A DNA stretch of 64,000 nt from an uncultured delta proteobacterium (GTDB taxonomy: Bacteria > Myxococcota_A > Polyangia > Polyangiales > Polyangiaceae): contig CAWJCS010000003.1 in NCBI GenBank assembly GCA_963841435.1, positions 1,120,001 to 1,184,000 of the forward strand, in the 5' to 3' direction. The position numbers and the translations under genes were made by a program. Positions 18,692-29,429 of this stretch are shown here, piece after piece (position 1 is the first letter of the stretch; every line of letters starts with the position of its first letter). A model generated the notes under the pieces. The model searched no databases. It was not told the origin of the DNA and saw only the letters and a list, made by a program, of their open reading frames with translations.

Positions 18692-21600
18692 ATGTCCAAA
18701 GCAGCATGGGTGAGGGTCGCGGCTTTCAGGGCGTTTCTGAGGGCTTCGCTGGTGAGCGTTGCCGTCTGTGGGTGCTCCGATGGAGCTCAGACGAGCTCAC
18801 CACGCGAGTCGACGGTTCAACGACAAGATCCGCTAGCCGGGACCGCTTCAAGGATCGCGCGGCCGAATCGCCCGTCGCAGGCAGGCTTCGAAGCGCTGAC
18901 CGCCCTTCAGGCTCCGCTCGCCGGGGCGTCGTTCACGGCCCATCAGCCGGACGTGAAATGGCACGGCCGGATTCAGGCGGTAGCGATCGATCCATCGAAC
19001 CCCGACTTCGTCGTGGCGGCGTCCGATCACGGTGGCGCGTTTGGCTCCGTGGACGGGGGACAACACTGGAACCGTTTCGACTCCCTGCGGCCGAACAATC
19101 TCGCCGACGTAGCGGTTTGTCCCGAGGACCCGACCAAGCTTGCAGTCTCGGCTTTTCGCGGGCTCGGCAGGGACTTGGCAAGCGATCCGGGCGGGATTTG
19201 GCGGAGCTTCGACGGGGGCAGCACCTGGAATCGCGCGACCATCGTTGGCACGACCGATCCACACGATGGGCTCGGTCTCGCATTCGAACCTGGGACAGCC
19301 TGCGGAACTCTCTATGCAGGGACGTCGTTCGGCCTCGCTCGCTGCACGAGCCCGGACTCCTGCGAAAACATTGCGCTGCCCGAAGGCGGCCCCGTCTTCT
19401 CGCTTCAGGTTCGGCCGAACGGCACCGTCCACACGCACACCGCGCAGGGGTATCGGCGCTGGAATGGTTCGAGCTGGTATCCGACCGCTCCGTGCAATCC
19501 AGTCAACCCGGTGACGCCCTGCGCGGGCGGGCTCCCACCGAGCCTGTTTGTCGGGATTCCGAACGAACGAAACCCGGACCTCCAACACACACACACGCTA
19601 GCGGTGTCCCCCCTCAACGAGCAGGTTCTGTTTGCAGGCGCCTACGTAGTTGACAACGGAACGGTGAAGTGTAACGACCAGGGCTGTTTCGAAGCCTACG
19701 AATCGGACGATGGTGGCGACACCTGGGTGAGCCTCGGCCTTCAGAAGCCGAGTGGCTCGCGGCTTACCTTCGTTGCCGTGGCGCCCGCGCGCTCCGGCGA
19801 CACTTCCAAATTCGACCTGTACTTCGCGCACGGTCCCGACATGTCGCGCACGACGTGCACGGAGAGCGGCGGCTCGGCGCCGCGCTGCGCGGGCTCCCCG
19901 TGGGAGCTCATCAATCTGCGTTCGGCCTTCGCAGGGGAAAACGGCAACCCGACGGACGGCTCGGCCTGCGGAGACAACGGGACGACGCCCTGCTCCCACA
20001 GCAATCCGTCCGAGCTCGTTTTTGACCCCACGACTCACTGTCCGCTCTACCTCGCCGGGGACGGCGGCGTGCTCAAGCTGACGGACGGTTCGGTTCCACC
20101 GGACTGCGGGCAGAGCGGACAGATGCTCACAATCGGCTCGGGCCTGCATGCACTCGAGATCTTCGAGGTCGCGGGTCAAGTGCACCCCAACAGCGCACTG
20201 CAGACGGACCTGTTCATCGGGACGCAGGACGACGGCATCTGGGCATCCACCGACGCGGGCTCCACCTGGCCGCGTCCCGGGGGCCTCGAGGGGCATGGCT
20301 TCTCGCTGCCGCACAGCGCCCCATCCCGAGACGACACGATCGTGACGTACTTCGACGGCGGCGGCACCGGAGTCGTCGAGGCGCGCCCCGGGTTCGTTCC
20401 GGATACGCCGAAGCAGCGAACGTCGGCCTGGGGCTACGGCGTCGATGGGCTACGGAAGAACCGCGTCGTGTGCGTCGATGCCGATGCCGATGGCACCTGC
20501 GACCAGGACCCATCCATCCTGTGCAGCTCGAGTGCGCCTCTGCCCAATCCGGGTGTGACGTGCATCCCCACGGCATGTAGCCAACCCAAGGACGATCCGC
20601 TCTGCGGAAGGCTCACCGTGCAGGGCGGCTTCTACCCGAACGCCGTCGAGGCGGGCGTGTACCTTCAGTGGGACGGCGGCGCCGCGTCGTCAGACGGAAG
20701 CACACTCGTCGCACCTATCCAGCTCTACCTGTCGCGAGACAGCGGCATGACGTGGGCTCCGCTGCCGAACGTGGCGCTAGGCCAGGTGGGTGATGCGCCC
20801 AGTGAGGTGCGCGTCCCGTGGGCTGTCGGAGCGGTTGCGGTCGACGCCAACGGAAAGTTCGTCTTCTACCAGCGGACGACGCACCCGAATTTCGGCGACG
20901 GCGTGGTCAAGGTGGTCGACGTCCTCGGGTCAACCCCGACTCTAGAGCTCATCGACGGCTCTCTGCCCAGCCTTCTGGGCAACCTCTTCTTTTCGAACGC
21001 ATGGACGGTGAACACACGGGGCTTTTCCGCGGATCCAGCCAACGCGGATCGCCTCTTCGCACGCACGGGCGCCGGCGTCCTCCGAAGCGACGACGGCGGA
21101 GGACAGTGGACGACCGACGCTGGGACGCTTCAGCTCGACCATCTAGCGTCGGCTCGTTTCGAAACGAGAAACCTGATTTCGCTGGAATTCGATCCCGTTC
21201 ATCCCGAGCGGCTCGTGGCGGGCACGGCGCAGGCCGGCGCGATGAGTTCGCTCGACGGCGGGAGCACCTGGGCGAGACTCTGCGGCTCCGATCGCATTCC
21301 GATGATCGCCAGCTGGTTCTTCGATGAGGTCGAAGACAACGTCTATGCCGCGTCCTGGGGTCGCGGTCTGTGGAAGGTGGATATAACGCGGCAGCAGGTG
21401 CCGGTGTTCACGCAGCCGATTCCGGCCGTCACCGCCCAGAATTGCGGCGCCGTGGACATCGGCCAGGCGCAGGCGACCGATCAGTGCGAGGGCGCCTCGG
21501 TCGTGGTCCAGGCGGGGCTCGGCGCGCAGGCACCCGCCCCGTACGCCGGCTGCGACAGCGGAGTCCGCCCTTGCGGCAACTTCCCGCTCGGCTCGACCAC

Positions 21601-22861
21601 CGTTCCCTGGACGGCCACCGATGAGTTCGGCGACGTATCGCAGACGACGAGCGTCGTCACCGTGACGGACTCGACGGGGCCGGTCTTCACCTCCGTGCCG
21701 CCCGACATCACCACGACGACCTGCACGGGGCTCACCCTGGGGCAGCCAACCGCGGCGGACGAGTGCGGAGGATTGGTCACGTTCACCAACGATGCGCCGT
21801 CGAAGTTCCCGCTCGGTCCGACGACGGTGACCTGGACCGCCCACGATGCACGGGGAAACACCCGCACGGCGACGCAACGGGTCACGGTTCTCCTCGGCGA
21901 CGATCCAAGCTGTTGCCCGGCGGGGACACACGTCATCCTCGGCACTTCCAACAACGACACGTTGACCGGCACGAGTGGGCCCGATTGCATCCTCGGTCGC
22001 GGCGCCCAAGACACCATCAACGGAAATGGGGGCAACGACTTCATTTCCGGCGGCGACGGCGACGACGTGATCACGGGCGGCTCGGGCAACGACACGATCT
22101 TCGGAGGGTCGGGTCAGGACACGATCAACGGCAACGACGGCAACGACGCACTCTATGGCGGCGACGGTAACGACACGTTGCTCGGTGGCGTCGGCGCCGA
22201 TTTCCTCTACGGCGGACAGGGGCAGGACTCGCTCCAGGGTCAGGACGGCGACGACCGCCTCTTCGGAGGCACGGGCGACGACACCCTCCTGGGAGGCAAC
22301 GGCAACGACATTCTCGCAGGCGAAAGCGGTAACGACCATTGCACGGACACGGCTGGTACGAACGTGTTCGAGCAGTGCGAGTATGGAGCGCCGAACTCGT
22401 GCGCCAACCTCGTCGTCGATGGCACGGAGACCGCCGTGGACTGCGGCGGCGGTTGTGCCCCCTGCGACGAGACGCTGGCCTGCTTGGCCGGCAGCGATTG
22501 TCAGAGCAACCTGTGCGCCGCAGGCGTCTGCCAGACGCTCCCGGGCGGGATTGCCGTCGTGCTCGTCTTGGATGCCGATTGGGGCGGCGGCTACTGCGCC
22601 CGGCTCAACGTGACGAACGTGAAGGACGTGCCTACGACGAGCTGGACCGCAAGCGTCAACACGAACCAGTCGACGATCTACGCGAGCTGGAACGGCAACT
22701 TCTCGCCGAGCTCCGGCGTCGTTGTCGTGACACCAACCCAGGCGAGCAACCAGGCCATCGGTCCGAACCTCACGGACGGGTCGATTGGGTTTTGCGCGAA
22801 TCGGAGCGTGCAGGGCAGCAGCGCCTTGCCGTACGTCGTAAGCGCAGCGGCTTCGTACTGA
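18692..22861 (+). CDS. Large secreted protein: BNR/Asp-box propeller + HYR + RTX Ca-binding repeats + Cys-rich module + CBM2-like domain
   Basis: Repeated S-x-D-G-G-x-x-W boxes; HYR '[14 protein letters not shown]' twice; GGxGxD nonapeptides at ~21940-22340; '[13 protein letters not shown]'; C-terminal '[14 protein letters not shown]...W...WN...GFCA'. Confidence 0.8.
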   Translation: MSKAAWVRVAAFRAFLRASLVSVAVCGCSDGAQTSSPRESTVQRQDPLAGTASRIARPNRPSQAGFEALTALQAPLAGASFTAHQPDVKWHGRIQAVAIDPSNPDFVVAASDHGGAFGSVDGGQHWNRFDSLRPNNLADVAVCPEDPTKLAVSAFRGLGRDLASDPGGIWRSFDGGSTWNRATIVGTTDPHDGLGLAFEPGTACGTLYAGTSFGLARCTSPDSCENIALPEGGPVFSLQVRPNGTVHTHTAQGYRRWNGSSWYPTAPCNPVNPVTPCAGGLPPSLFVGIPNERNPDLQHTHTLAVSPLNEQVLFAGAYVVDNGTVKCNDQGCFEAYESDDGGDTWVSLGLQKPSGSRLTFVAVAPARSGDTSKFDLYFAHGPDMSRTTCTESGGSAPRCAGSPWELINLRSAFAGENGNPTDGSACGDNGTTPCSHSNPSELVFDPTTHCPLYLAGDGGVLKLTDGSVPPDCGQSGQMLTIGSGLHALEIFEVAGQVHPNSALQTDLFIGTQDDGIWASTDAGSTWPRPGGLEGHGFSLPHSAPSRDDTIVTYFDGGGTGVVEARPGFVPDTPKQRTSAWGYGVDGLRKNRVVCVDADADGTCDQDPSILCSSSAPLPNPGVTCIPTACSQPKDDPLCGRLTVQGGFYPNAVEAGVYLQWDGGAASSDGSTLVAPIQLYLSRDSGMTWAPLPNVALGQVGDAPSEVRVPWAVGAVAVDANGKFVFYQRTTHPNFGDGVVKVVDVLGSTPTLELIDGSLPSLLGNLFFSNAWTVNTRGFSADPANADRLFARTGAGVLRSDDGGGQWTTDAGTLQLDHLASARFETRNLISLEFDPVHPERLVAGTAQAGAMSSLDGGSTWARLCGSDRIPMIASWFFDEVEDNVYAASWGRGLWKVDITRQQVPVFTQPIPAVTAQNCGAVDIGQAQATDQCEGASVVVQAGLGAQAPAPYAGCDSGVRPCGNFPLGSTTVPWTATDEFGDVSQTTSVVTVTDSTGPVFTSVPPDITTTTCTGLTLGQPTAADECGGLVTFTNDAPSKFPLGPTTVTWTAHDARGNTRTATQRVTVLLGDDPSCCPAGTHVILGTSNNDTLTGTSGPDCILGRGAQDTINGNGGNDFISGGDGDDVITGGSGNDTIFGGSGQDTINGNDGNDALYGGDGNDTLLGGVGADFLYGGQGQDSLQGQDGDDRLFGGTGDDTLLGGNGNDILAGESGNDHCTDTAGTNVFEQCEYGAPNSCANLVVDGTETAVDCGGGCAPCDETLACLAGSDCQSNLCAAGVCQTLPGGIAVVLVLDADWGGGYCARLNVTNVKDVPTTSWTASVNTNQSTIYASWNGNFSPSSGVVVVTPTQASNQAIGPNLTDGSIGFCANRSVQGSSALPYVVSAAASY

Positions 22862-22872
22862 GGAGAATTGCG

Positions 22873-23340
22873 ATGCCGAAACCCCCGATTGCCTGTTTGG
22901 CGCTCCTATTGGTGGCGAGCGGGAGCGTGACGGCTTGCGCAGGAGGAGCGGCGCCTTGTCCCGTTTTGGATCCAGGCGCGCCACAGGGATCGCTCGCGAT
23001 CCACGAGGCTCACGAGTTCGGCAGGCTCTACGAGGTGTTCGAGGCCACCTACTTCATCGACGACTGCGTGCTGTCGCAGACGAACGATACCGCCGTCCTC
23101 CGGCGTGCCGATGTGGAGTATCCGCCGCGCGCTCTCGCCGCGGGGAACCACTCGCTTCGGTTCGCCTTCAAGCTCCGCGCGGACTTCGACTCGAACATGC
23201 AAGGCTGGGAGTGGTATTATCGTGGTCAAGTCGCCTTCCTCGTCCCCGAGAGCGGCGCGGTGCGCGCCAACGTGCGGATGTTCGAGGAGGGCGAAGGCAA
23301 TCCACGGAAGCGCTTGAAGGTCGCGCTCTCCTTCGAGTAG
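22873..23340 (+). CDS. Hypothetical lipoprotein
   Basis: GAGGAG RBS, MPKPPIACLALLLVASGSVTAC lipobox, 11 nt after the large gene. Confidence 0.65.
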   Translation: MPKPPIACLALLLVASGSVTACAGGAAPCPVLDPGAPQGSLAIHEAHEFGRLYEVFEATYFIDDCVLSQTNDTAVLRRADVEYPPRALAAGNHSLRFAFKLRADFDSNMQGWEWYYRGQVAFLVPESGAVRANVRMFEEGEGNPRKRLKVALSFE

Positions 23341-23350
23341 CTCGCGCGGA

Positions 23351-23376
23351 CGGCGGCGGCGGCGGCGGCGGCGGCG
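23351..23376. repeat. (CGG)8 microsatellite between convergent genes
   Basis: The sequence reads cggcggcggcggcggcggcggcggcg. Confidence 0.7.
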
Positions 23377-23455
23377 ACCAGCGGCGCTCCAGCGACATGG
23401 TCGTCGAGCTCGACACGGTGACCGAGTGCTTCGGGCGCCTCGGCGCAGACGGGCC

Positions 23456-24097
23456 TCAGAACCCGAACGACGCCGGCACCAAGATCACGTGGACGCGCCC
23501 GCCGTAGTCGGCCTCGAGCGTGAGCGTCTTGCCGAGCACGGAGCCCGGATAACCGGCGGCTTTCATGCGCGCGAACTCTCGCGGCAAGCAGTACTCGACC
23601 AGCCGGCGCCGCGCCTCCGCGAGATCGGAAACCAGCTTCTGATGGCCGACGACGAGGACCACGCTGCCGGCGGCGTACGCATAAGCGCCCAGCTGGCTGC
23701 CGGTTCCGGAGCCAACGCAGATGATGCCGTCGTCCGTGATGGCGTGGACGCTGCCGACGATGAAGTCGGGCGCCGCTGCGAGTTTGCGCATTTCACGGCC
23801 CTGCGTCGTCCGGTCCATCGCTTTGAGCCGCCGGCGAATGGAGTCGTAGCGGCCGGACTCGTCAATCACCTCGCTGATGCCCAGCTCCTTCAGCGTCTCC
23901 GAAAGCGCACTGTGGACTTCTGCGCCCTCGCGCAACGCCGCAAGCGCGAGCTCCTTCGCGTGCTCTCGATCGTTCGCGACCTCGGCCTTGAAGCCCCGCG
24001 CACGCAGAGCCTGGCACGTCCGCGCGAGCCGCTCCGCCGTGGCTGGCTTTTCGAACTCCAGATTGGGCTCACCCGGATCGGGAAGGGTCCTCGCCAT
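23456..24097 (-). CDS. LUD domain protein (lactate utilization LutC/YkgG-like)
   Basis: 'L..RGF', 'SETLKELG', 'GSVHAITDDG', 'VVGHQKLVSDL' and 'RVHVILVPASFGF'. Confidence 0.75.
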   Translation of the reverse strand: MARTLPDPGEPNLEFEKPATAERLARTCQALRARGFKAEVANDREHAKELALAALREGAEVHSALSETLKELGISEVIDESGRYDSIRRRLKAMDRTTQGREMRKLAAAPDFIVGSVHAITDDGIICVGSGTGSQLGAYAYAAGSVVLVVGHQKLVSDLAEARRRLVEYCLPREFARMKAAGYPGSVLGKTLTLEADYGGRVHVILVPASFGF

Positions 24098-24207
24098 CGC
24101 AAACCTCTTCGGTGATTGGCCAAGTCAACCGCACGGCAGTCCTCGACGCTAGCACGCGCGCGAACGGGCAGCGCGACTCGACGGGAGCGAAGCGACACCT
24201 CACCTGT

Positions 24208-25023
24208 GGCCGAAGGCCGCGAGGGACTCGAGCCGAAAGCTGACGCGCTCCCGGACCCATGCTCGTTGGGAAATGATGGTGGTTGGGGGCACGTGGCCAC
24301 CGGCGAACCCGTAGGTTCGAGCGCGGGCATCGGCGCGCAAGGACGACCAGACGCGATGAGCGAGGCCCGCTTCGCTACGGGACCACGCTCATGTGGCCAC
24401 CGGCGATCTGCCAGCGACCGCCCTCGGAAATCCAGACCCTGGTGTAGCGCAGGGTGGCGGAGGTGAGGTTGCCCGCCACCAGAGCCGCGGCATCCATCTT
24501 GACGCTGGTGATGGCTCCTCCAGGGATGACGCGCACTCGGAATTCCAGTGGATCGAGCTTCGTGATCTTCAATGCCCCTGACCGGTGTTGCTGTAGGTCT
24601 GCGGCCTTCGTCTCCAACGAGCCGCTCAGCCCCGTGAACAGAAGGTCCTCCGCGATCAGATCATCGAGCGCCGCCACGTCAGCCGAAAGCTGCGCTCTCC
24701 ACAGACGTTCCTCCAGCACCCGAACCGTTGACTCTACATCCGGCATCCCCGGAAACACTAACAGCGTCAACGAGACATTCAACCCCTCGGCCGGCCTCAC
24801 ACCCTCAACTCCGGGAAGCAAGCCGACCATGGAGGACAGGCAGGACTGCACGCAGGCCGGATGGGCTACCCTCATTCGAGGTCAACCAAGTGCGATGCGC
24901 AGGACCGGTCACGCTCGCTCGGCATCGATGCCATGCGGAGAAGTCCCTCCTCGGGGGCGAGCGTCAGCGAGTCCTCACTGGTTTCACGGCCGTAGGCCGG
25001 GAGGGACTTGAGCCGAAAGCTGA
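24208..25023. repeat. Two 36-bp direct repeats (24208-24243 and 24988-25023) containing a tRNA-Leu T-arm-like core
   Basis: ggccgaaggccgcgagggactcgagccgaaagctga versus ggccgtaggccgggagggacttgagccgaaagctga (33/36 identical). Confidence 0.8.
24375..24746 (-). CDS. NTF2-like / DUF4440 protein
   Basis: 'LEERLWRAQLSADVAALDDLIAEDLLF' and 'LRYTRVW....WQIAGGHMS'. Confidence 0.8.
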   Translation of the reverse strand: MPDVESTVRVLEERLWRAQLSADVAALDDLIAEDLLFTGLSGSLETKAADLQQHRSGALKITKLDPLEFRVRVIPGGAITSVKMDAAALVAGNLTSATLRYTRVWISEGGRWQIAGGHMSVVP

Positions 25024-25074
25024 GGTCGAAGACCGAAGCGAGGCCGACGACCTCCTCGGGCGCGAGCGTCAGCG

Positions 25075-25128
25075 AGTGCACGAGGAGGGACTTGAACCCA
25101 CACACCTTGCGGTACCGGAACCTAAATC
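25075..25128 (-). repeat. att site: duplicated 3' portion of tRNA-Leu
   Basis: 54 bp matching 32213-32266 with a single mismatch. Confidence 0.92.
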
Positions 25129-25264
25129 GGGGGCGTACGCGGTGAACGGAGGCGAACCGCGGTGAATGACGGGATTTCTTGAGGGCGAATGGCGTCGTTG
25201 GGGCTCGTTGGGAGCGGTTGCCGACGATATTCCGACGATTCGAGGCGGGTCGCCTCTGCTCCGA

Positions 25265-25827
25265 TCAGGAGCCGTTCGTCTGCTGAACAGGAGCGTCATC
25301 AGGCGAGCCGACGCCAGCCTCCATCGCATGCGTGGGGTCCAGATGGTGATAGAGCACCGCCTTCTCCATGGGCTGGTACTCTTCCTGCTCAAGAAGTATT
25401 GGGCTGCGATCGGAGCGACGGTAGCCAAAGCCTTCGTACATCGGCACGCGATCCTTGATCGCGTTCAGGCACACCCTCTTGCAGTCAGATTGGCGAGCCA
25501 ACGTGTCGGCAAATCTGACCAGAATTCCAGCGTAGCCCTTCCCGCGAGAACGTCGGCGCGATGACGACCTCGGCCACGGAAAAAGTATCTCCGTCGTTGA
25601 TGGACGGTCAGGAAGCCCAAATCCTCGGCCGCCGATTCCAGGACGTAGGTGCAGGTCCTCGGATTGGCCTGCATCTGGAAAAATCGGTCTCCCCAAGTTG
25701 CCCGGTCGATGGAAGGCACGCCGGAGACTATTGGGTTTCTGACCCTTCCATCACGAACCGCTGTTGGCAAGGCCAAGCAGTTCGCTCGCCGCGCTGCTCC
25801 GCGGAGCACGTCGTCACTGATGAACAC
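25265..25827 (-). pseudogene. GNAT acetyltransferase with two frameshifts near 25550-25580
   Basis: Correcting two +1 bases gives ...GFLTVHQRRRYFFVAEVVIAPTFRGKGYAGILVRFA...VCLNAIKDRVPMYEGFGY (acetyl-CoA motif RGKG and the 'YxxxGY' motif). Confidence 0.6.
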
Positions 25828-25990
25828 GAACGCGACGCTGCTACCGCGTCGCTCGGACGGGAAGCCCGGCACGGCAGCCGCGCGATTCGGGCGGGCTTGT
25901 CCACAGTAGCGAGCCGCGGACAATCAACGTCCCAGCCCTTGGCGACTCTCGTTGAAGCCCCAGTGCCCTTCTGGCTTCATCGGCCTCGCG

Positions 25991-26656
25991 ATGCCTCCCC
26001 CTAGCCAAGTCACGTGGAGCGACCTCACCCATGTGAACCACGAGAAGGCGTGGAGCGTGCTCCAGCGCATGGATCGCGAAGCGATGTTGATCGTCCTGTC
26101 GCGGGCGCTTCGTTGCCTCGCCGCGGACCAGCTTGAGACGGTCTTCCGTGACTACGCCTGGCCGCATGAGGTCGGCGAGGTCGGAGAACCCCAGAGCCGC
26201 CCGCTCATGCTGGCCGTGCGCGAGTTCACGGATGCTGCCCTGCGCGGCGACTACTACCAGGACTTCTTCGTGAACTCGCAGAACTTCATGAGCAAGTCGC
26301 GAAAGACGCAGGACTTCGGCGCGAAGCTCGACGCCTTGTTCGACCGCTGCGTCGCCGAAGCGGCCCACACCGAACCAGCGCAAGTGTGCGGCGCGTACGA
26401 GTTGCTCTTCGACCTTCTCCGCGAGATCGACAAGTTCGAGAAGGACATCGTCTTCTTTGCCGACGAGGGCGGGGTCTGGCAGTTCGGCATCCAGTGGAAG
26501 CGAGTCCTACCGGGCTACTTTCGCTGCCTGCACCTCGCGTTCGGCCCTGAGGAAGCGGTGCGGCGAGCCGAAACCTTCATTGAGGAGATCCTGGATCCTT
26601 GCGATCGTGGCGGCGCACGGGAGATGCTTCGCCAAACCGCAAGGACACCACCGTGA
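25991..26656 (+). CDS. Hypothetical helical protein (island cargo)
   Basis: Protein-like ORF ('GDYYQDFFVNSQNF', 'IVFFADEGGVWQ'); GTGA overlap with the next gene. Confidence 0.7.
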   Translation: MPPPSQVTWSDLTHVNHEKAWSVLQRMDREAMLIVLSRALRCLAADQLETVFRDYAWPHEVGEVGEPQSRPLMLAVREFTDAALRGDYYQDFFVNSQNFMSKSRKTQDFGAKLDALFDRCVAEAAHTEPAQVCGAYELLFDLLREIDKFEKDIVFFADEGGVWQFGIQWKRVLPGYFRCLHLAFGPEEAVRRAETFIEEILDPCDRGGAREMLRQTARTPP

Positions 26657-27354
26657 ACTACGAAACCTTCCGTGCTGCGTGGGCGAACGCCCTCCGTGAG
26701 TCCCGTCTCCCGATGATCGGCCTCCACGGAAACGAGACGCTCGATCTGCGATCCCTGGATCGTGAGCACAAGATCTACGTCGAGCCACTCGGAGGCCAGG
26801 ACGCGCCGCCTTTCCACGTCACGGCGACGCTTTCGTGGAGCTGGCACGCTCTGCAAACGGCTCGTGCCGGCACAAGAGACGAGGACGTCCTCAGCGAGAT
26901 GCTCGGACGTGATCAGGCCGAGGGCCTCGTCACGGAGAAGCCCTGCGTCCGGGTCAACATCAAGCTCTCGGCCCGAGCGCCCTACGACAAGCCGCTACCG
27001 ATGCCCTCGAAGGCGGCCTGGGCGAAGTGGGTTTTCGAGGCGGTCCGGCGCCTTGATCACGTGGAGCCCCTGCTCCCCGACGAGCTGGTGCGTGAGAACC
27101 GCATGGGCATGACCGAAGTGCTCGCGTGGCAACAGGCGCCGAAGGTCACGGCGGTGTGCAGCCCGACCGGCGACCTCTTGCTCGAAGCTGTCGAGATTTC
27201 GGCCGGTCAGATCATCGAGTTGCCGAGGGTGATCGACGGCTCCGACGGCGACGCCGATGAAGACCCAGAGGTCCAGCTCACCGAACTCTTCGAGCGCGTC
27301 CGTGCGTCGCTCTCTGCGTGGATGCAGGCGGTGGATCACCTGAGGCCGAGGTAG
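26653..27354 (+). CDS. Hypothetical protein (island cargo)
   Basis: GTG at 26653 is coupled to the upstream stop; globular composition. Confidence 0.7.
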   Translation: MNYETFRAAWANALRESRLPMIGLHGNETLDLRSLDREHKIYVEPLGGQDAPPFHVTATLSWSWHALQTARAGTRDEDVLSEMLGRDQAEGLVTEKPCVRVNIKLSARAPYDKPLPMPSKAAWAKWVFEAVRRLDHVEPLLPDELVRENRMGMTEVLAWQQAPKVTAVCSPTGDLLLEAVEISAGQIIELPRVIDGSDGDADEDPEVQLTELFERVRASLSAWMQAVDHLRPR

Positions 27355-27416
27355 CAGGAGGCTGCCTGCGTTCGCCCCGGGGGGCGACGACGCAACCCCG
27401 TGGTAACCACTGGCCG

Positions 27417-27935
27417 GTGTTCACGCTCCGTTGCACCGCGAAGCTCCTCAAGCGGCTCAAGATCTCGGCTGATCCGACGCCGCCGCGGTCCACGACCAAG
27501 CTCGGCGACTGGTATGCGAACCTACTCTACGTCGACCGGCAGCAGCTCATCTTGTGCGTGAGCGAGGTCACGCTGCTCCCCGTGCTCCTGCGAGCGCGAG
27601 GGGACAGGCCGCTGGCAGCCAGGCTGCCGAGCGCGGTGGGCGAGATGCTCACGGCTCTCGGCATCCCGGAACGCACCGTGCGCGAGGAGACCGCCGAGAT
27701 GAACGAGGTCACGATCGCCGCGACCGCGAGCCGCAGCGTGCTCGGGTCGATGAACGACTTCGTCTACCTCTTCGACGGGTACTGGGACCCCGATGAGACG
27801 CTGCTCCGTATCGCGCTCCGAATTGCGGAGGCTCCATGCCGGCCACTGAAGATGGAGAGGCCGAAGGATGTCGTCATCGAAACCCTCGGCGTCGGCCCTA
27901 TCGCCAGGGGCCGCCCGGAGCCCACGTCAACGTGA
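27417..27935 (+). CDS. DUF6933-like protein
   Basis: 'LRCTAKLLKRL', 'LGDWYANL', 'TLLPV' and 'TASRSVLGSMNDF'. Confidence 0.7.
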   Translation: MFTLRCTAKLLKRLKISADPTPPRSTTKLGDWYANLLYVDRQQLILCVSEVTLLPVLLRARGDRPLAARLPSAVGEMLTALGIPERTVREETAEMNEVTIAATASRSVLGSMNDFVYLFDGYWDPDETLLRIALRIAEAPCRPLKMERPKDVVIETLGVGPIARGRPEPTST

Positions 27936-28824
27936 ACGAGTCGGGCCCGTTCCCCGCGCGAAGGACTGGCAGCACGAAATCCCGCAGCGCGGCGATGAGC
28001 CGACCGAGGGGCGGCGCTTCCTTCTGCAACCTCGCCCGACGCACGAAGGCCGCCCATTGCGCAACCTTCGTGTCGTCCGTCGCGAACTCGTCTGTAAGAC
28101 CAGTGGGTATCGCCTTGGGAAGCTCCGTCTGCCGCCGCTCGAACGTGGCGCGAACCGCATCAACCAGCACCTGCCCGTCGAAGGCGTACTCGGTGGAGAG
28201 GAACCACAGGTCGTAGAAGTCCTTCATGCGGCTGTTCGCCAGGCCAAGCTCGACAAGCGCGTGAAGCTTCTCGGCGATCGTCAACTCCCGCGCGTATACC
28301 TTCAGCTTCGGCGGCGGGAGATCCAGCAGCACAGGCAGCTCCGTCTCGCGGGGCTCGGGGACTGTTGTGTCACCGAATCCAACGTCGACCTGCACCGGGA
28401 TCTCCGCCGTACCGAGCGTCGCTAGAAAACGGAGCCGGATGCCATCGTAGAGAGCTTCTTCCCGAATCGACTCCGCGACGATCGTATCGCCGAGGAACGT
28501 GATCCCGTCATCTGGAACGGCCACTCGACAGACCTCACGGAAGATCTCGGCAAGGCGGGCCGGGTCGGGGGTACCGCTTCCAAGAAGGTCGAGGTCCTTG
28601 GTTGCTCGGTGTGGCCGCGCCGACCAGATGACGAAGAGAACGGCGCCTTTCAGCACGAACTCGCCCGCGTGCGCTGACGCACCAAGCCGGTACAGAAGCC
28701 GCTCGATGACGTAGCGCACGAGCAGCGCATTGAAGTCCTCACCTGCTTCGCGGGCCCGCTGAAGGAGGCGTGCCTTCACCGAGTGGGCGACGTTCGTCGG
28801 CGGTGTACCCTTCTTCCGCGTCAT
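27898..28824 (-). CDS. abiEii: Type IV TA toxin, AbiEii/AbiGii nucleotidyltransferase
   Basis: 'ERLLYRL', 'FVLKGA', 'RATKDLDL', 'VDVGFGD', 'AEKLHA' and 'SRMKDFYD'. Confidence 0.9.
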   Translation of the reverse strand: MTRKKGTPPTNVAHSVKARLLQRAREAGEDFNALLVRYVIERLLYRLGASAHAGEFVLKGAVLFVIWSARPHRATKDLDLLGSGTPDPARLAEIFREVCRVAVPDDGITFLGDTIVAESIREEALYDGIRLRFLATLGTAEIPVQVDVGFGDTTVPEPRETELPVLLDLPPPKLKVYARELTIAEKLHALVELGLANSRMKDFYDLWFLSTEYAFDGQVLVDAVRATFERRQTELPKAIPTGLTDEFATDDTKVAQWAAFVRRARLQKEAPPLGRLIAALRDFVLPVLRAGNGPDSFTLTWAPGGPWR

Positions 28825-29429
28825 GTCATCGCCTCCAGGTACGCTCGAAGCGTGCGTTCAACCCGACAGAATCGAGCAGCCTCGAAAAGATCATCCATCG
28901 AGCGACGACTTCGCCGGTAGTCGCGCAGAGCCTGAACGGCAACGTCAACACCGATCTTGTTCCGGTACTTGAGGCAATCGGCCACCGTCTTGGCAGGCGA
29001 CGTCACGCGGACACGGACGCCGTCGATGGACCGTTGGGTGACACCGAACGAGAGCACCTCGGAAGACCACCACACGACCTCTAGCGGCGGCCAGTCGAGC
29101 TGGGGCAGGCGTGCCTTGCGATCGATGGCCAGCCACACCTTCGACGGATTCTGGTCCGTGAGGTCGTGGAGGCGCAGAGCGGTGAGCAGGCAGACCACGC
29201 CGCCGGGGACGCGCTTCGCCACTTGGACCAGCGACTCGGACTCGCTGACCTCGCGACCGGGCAGGGCGTAGAGCCCACGGCCCACCCTCTCCAGCTTCCC
29301 GGCTTTGGCGAGGCGGAGAACCGTGGCTCTGGGGATACCGGCTCGCTCGAAGTCACGAAGGCGTGCGACCCTGTTTCTCCGCAGGATCTTGGCTGCTCCA
29401 GCAGCGGCGCTCGATCGTTTAGTCGGCAT
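28821..29429 (-). CDS. abiEi: Type IV TA antitoxin AbiEi
   Basis: 'LERVGRGLY', 'VVCLLTALRLHDLT' and 'SPAKTVADCLKYRNKIG'; ATGA overlap with the toxin gene. Confidence 0.9.
   Translation of the reverse strand: MPTKRSSAAAGAAKILRRNRVARLRDFERAGIPRATVLRLAKAGKLERVGRGLYALPGREVSESESLVQVAKRVPGGVVCLLTALRLHDLTDQNPSKVWLAIDRKARLPQLDWPPLEVVWWSSEVLSFGVTQRSIDGVRVRVTSPAKTVADCLKYRNKIGVDVAVQALRDYRRSRRSMDDLFEAARFCRVERTLRAYLEAMT

Noticed and set aside
24138-25100. Possible CRISPR array or integron
   Set aside because: Only two to three degenerate units with irregular spacing, no cas genes, no canonical attC R-boxes, and no IntI-specific features visible in the integrase remnant.
25075-25128. Possible second tRNA-Leu gene
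   Set aside because: Only the 3' 54 bp is present; the D-arm and 5' acceptor strand are missing, so it is an att duplication.
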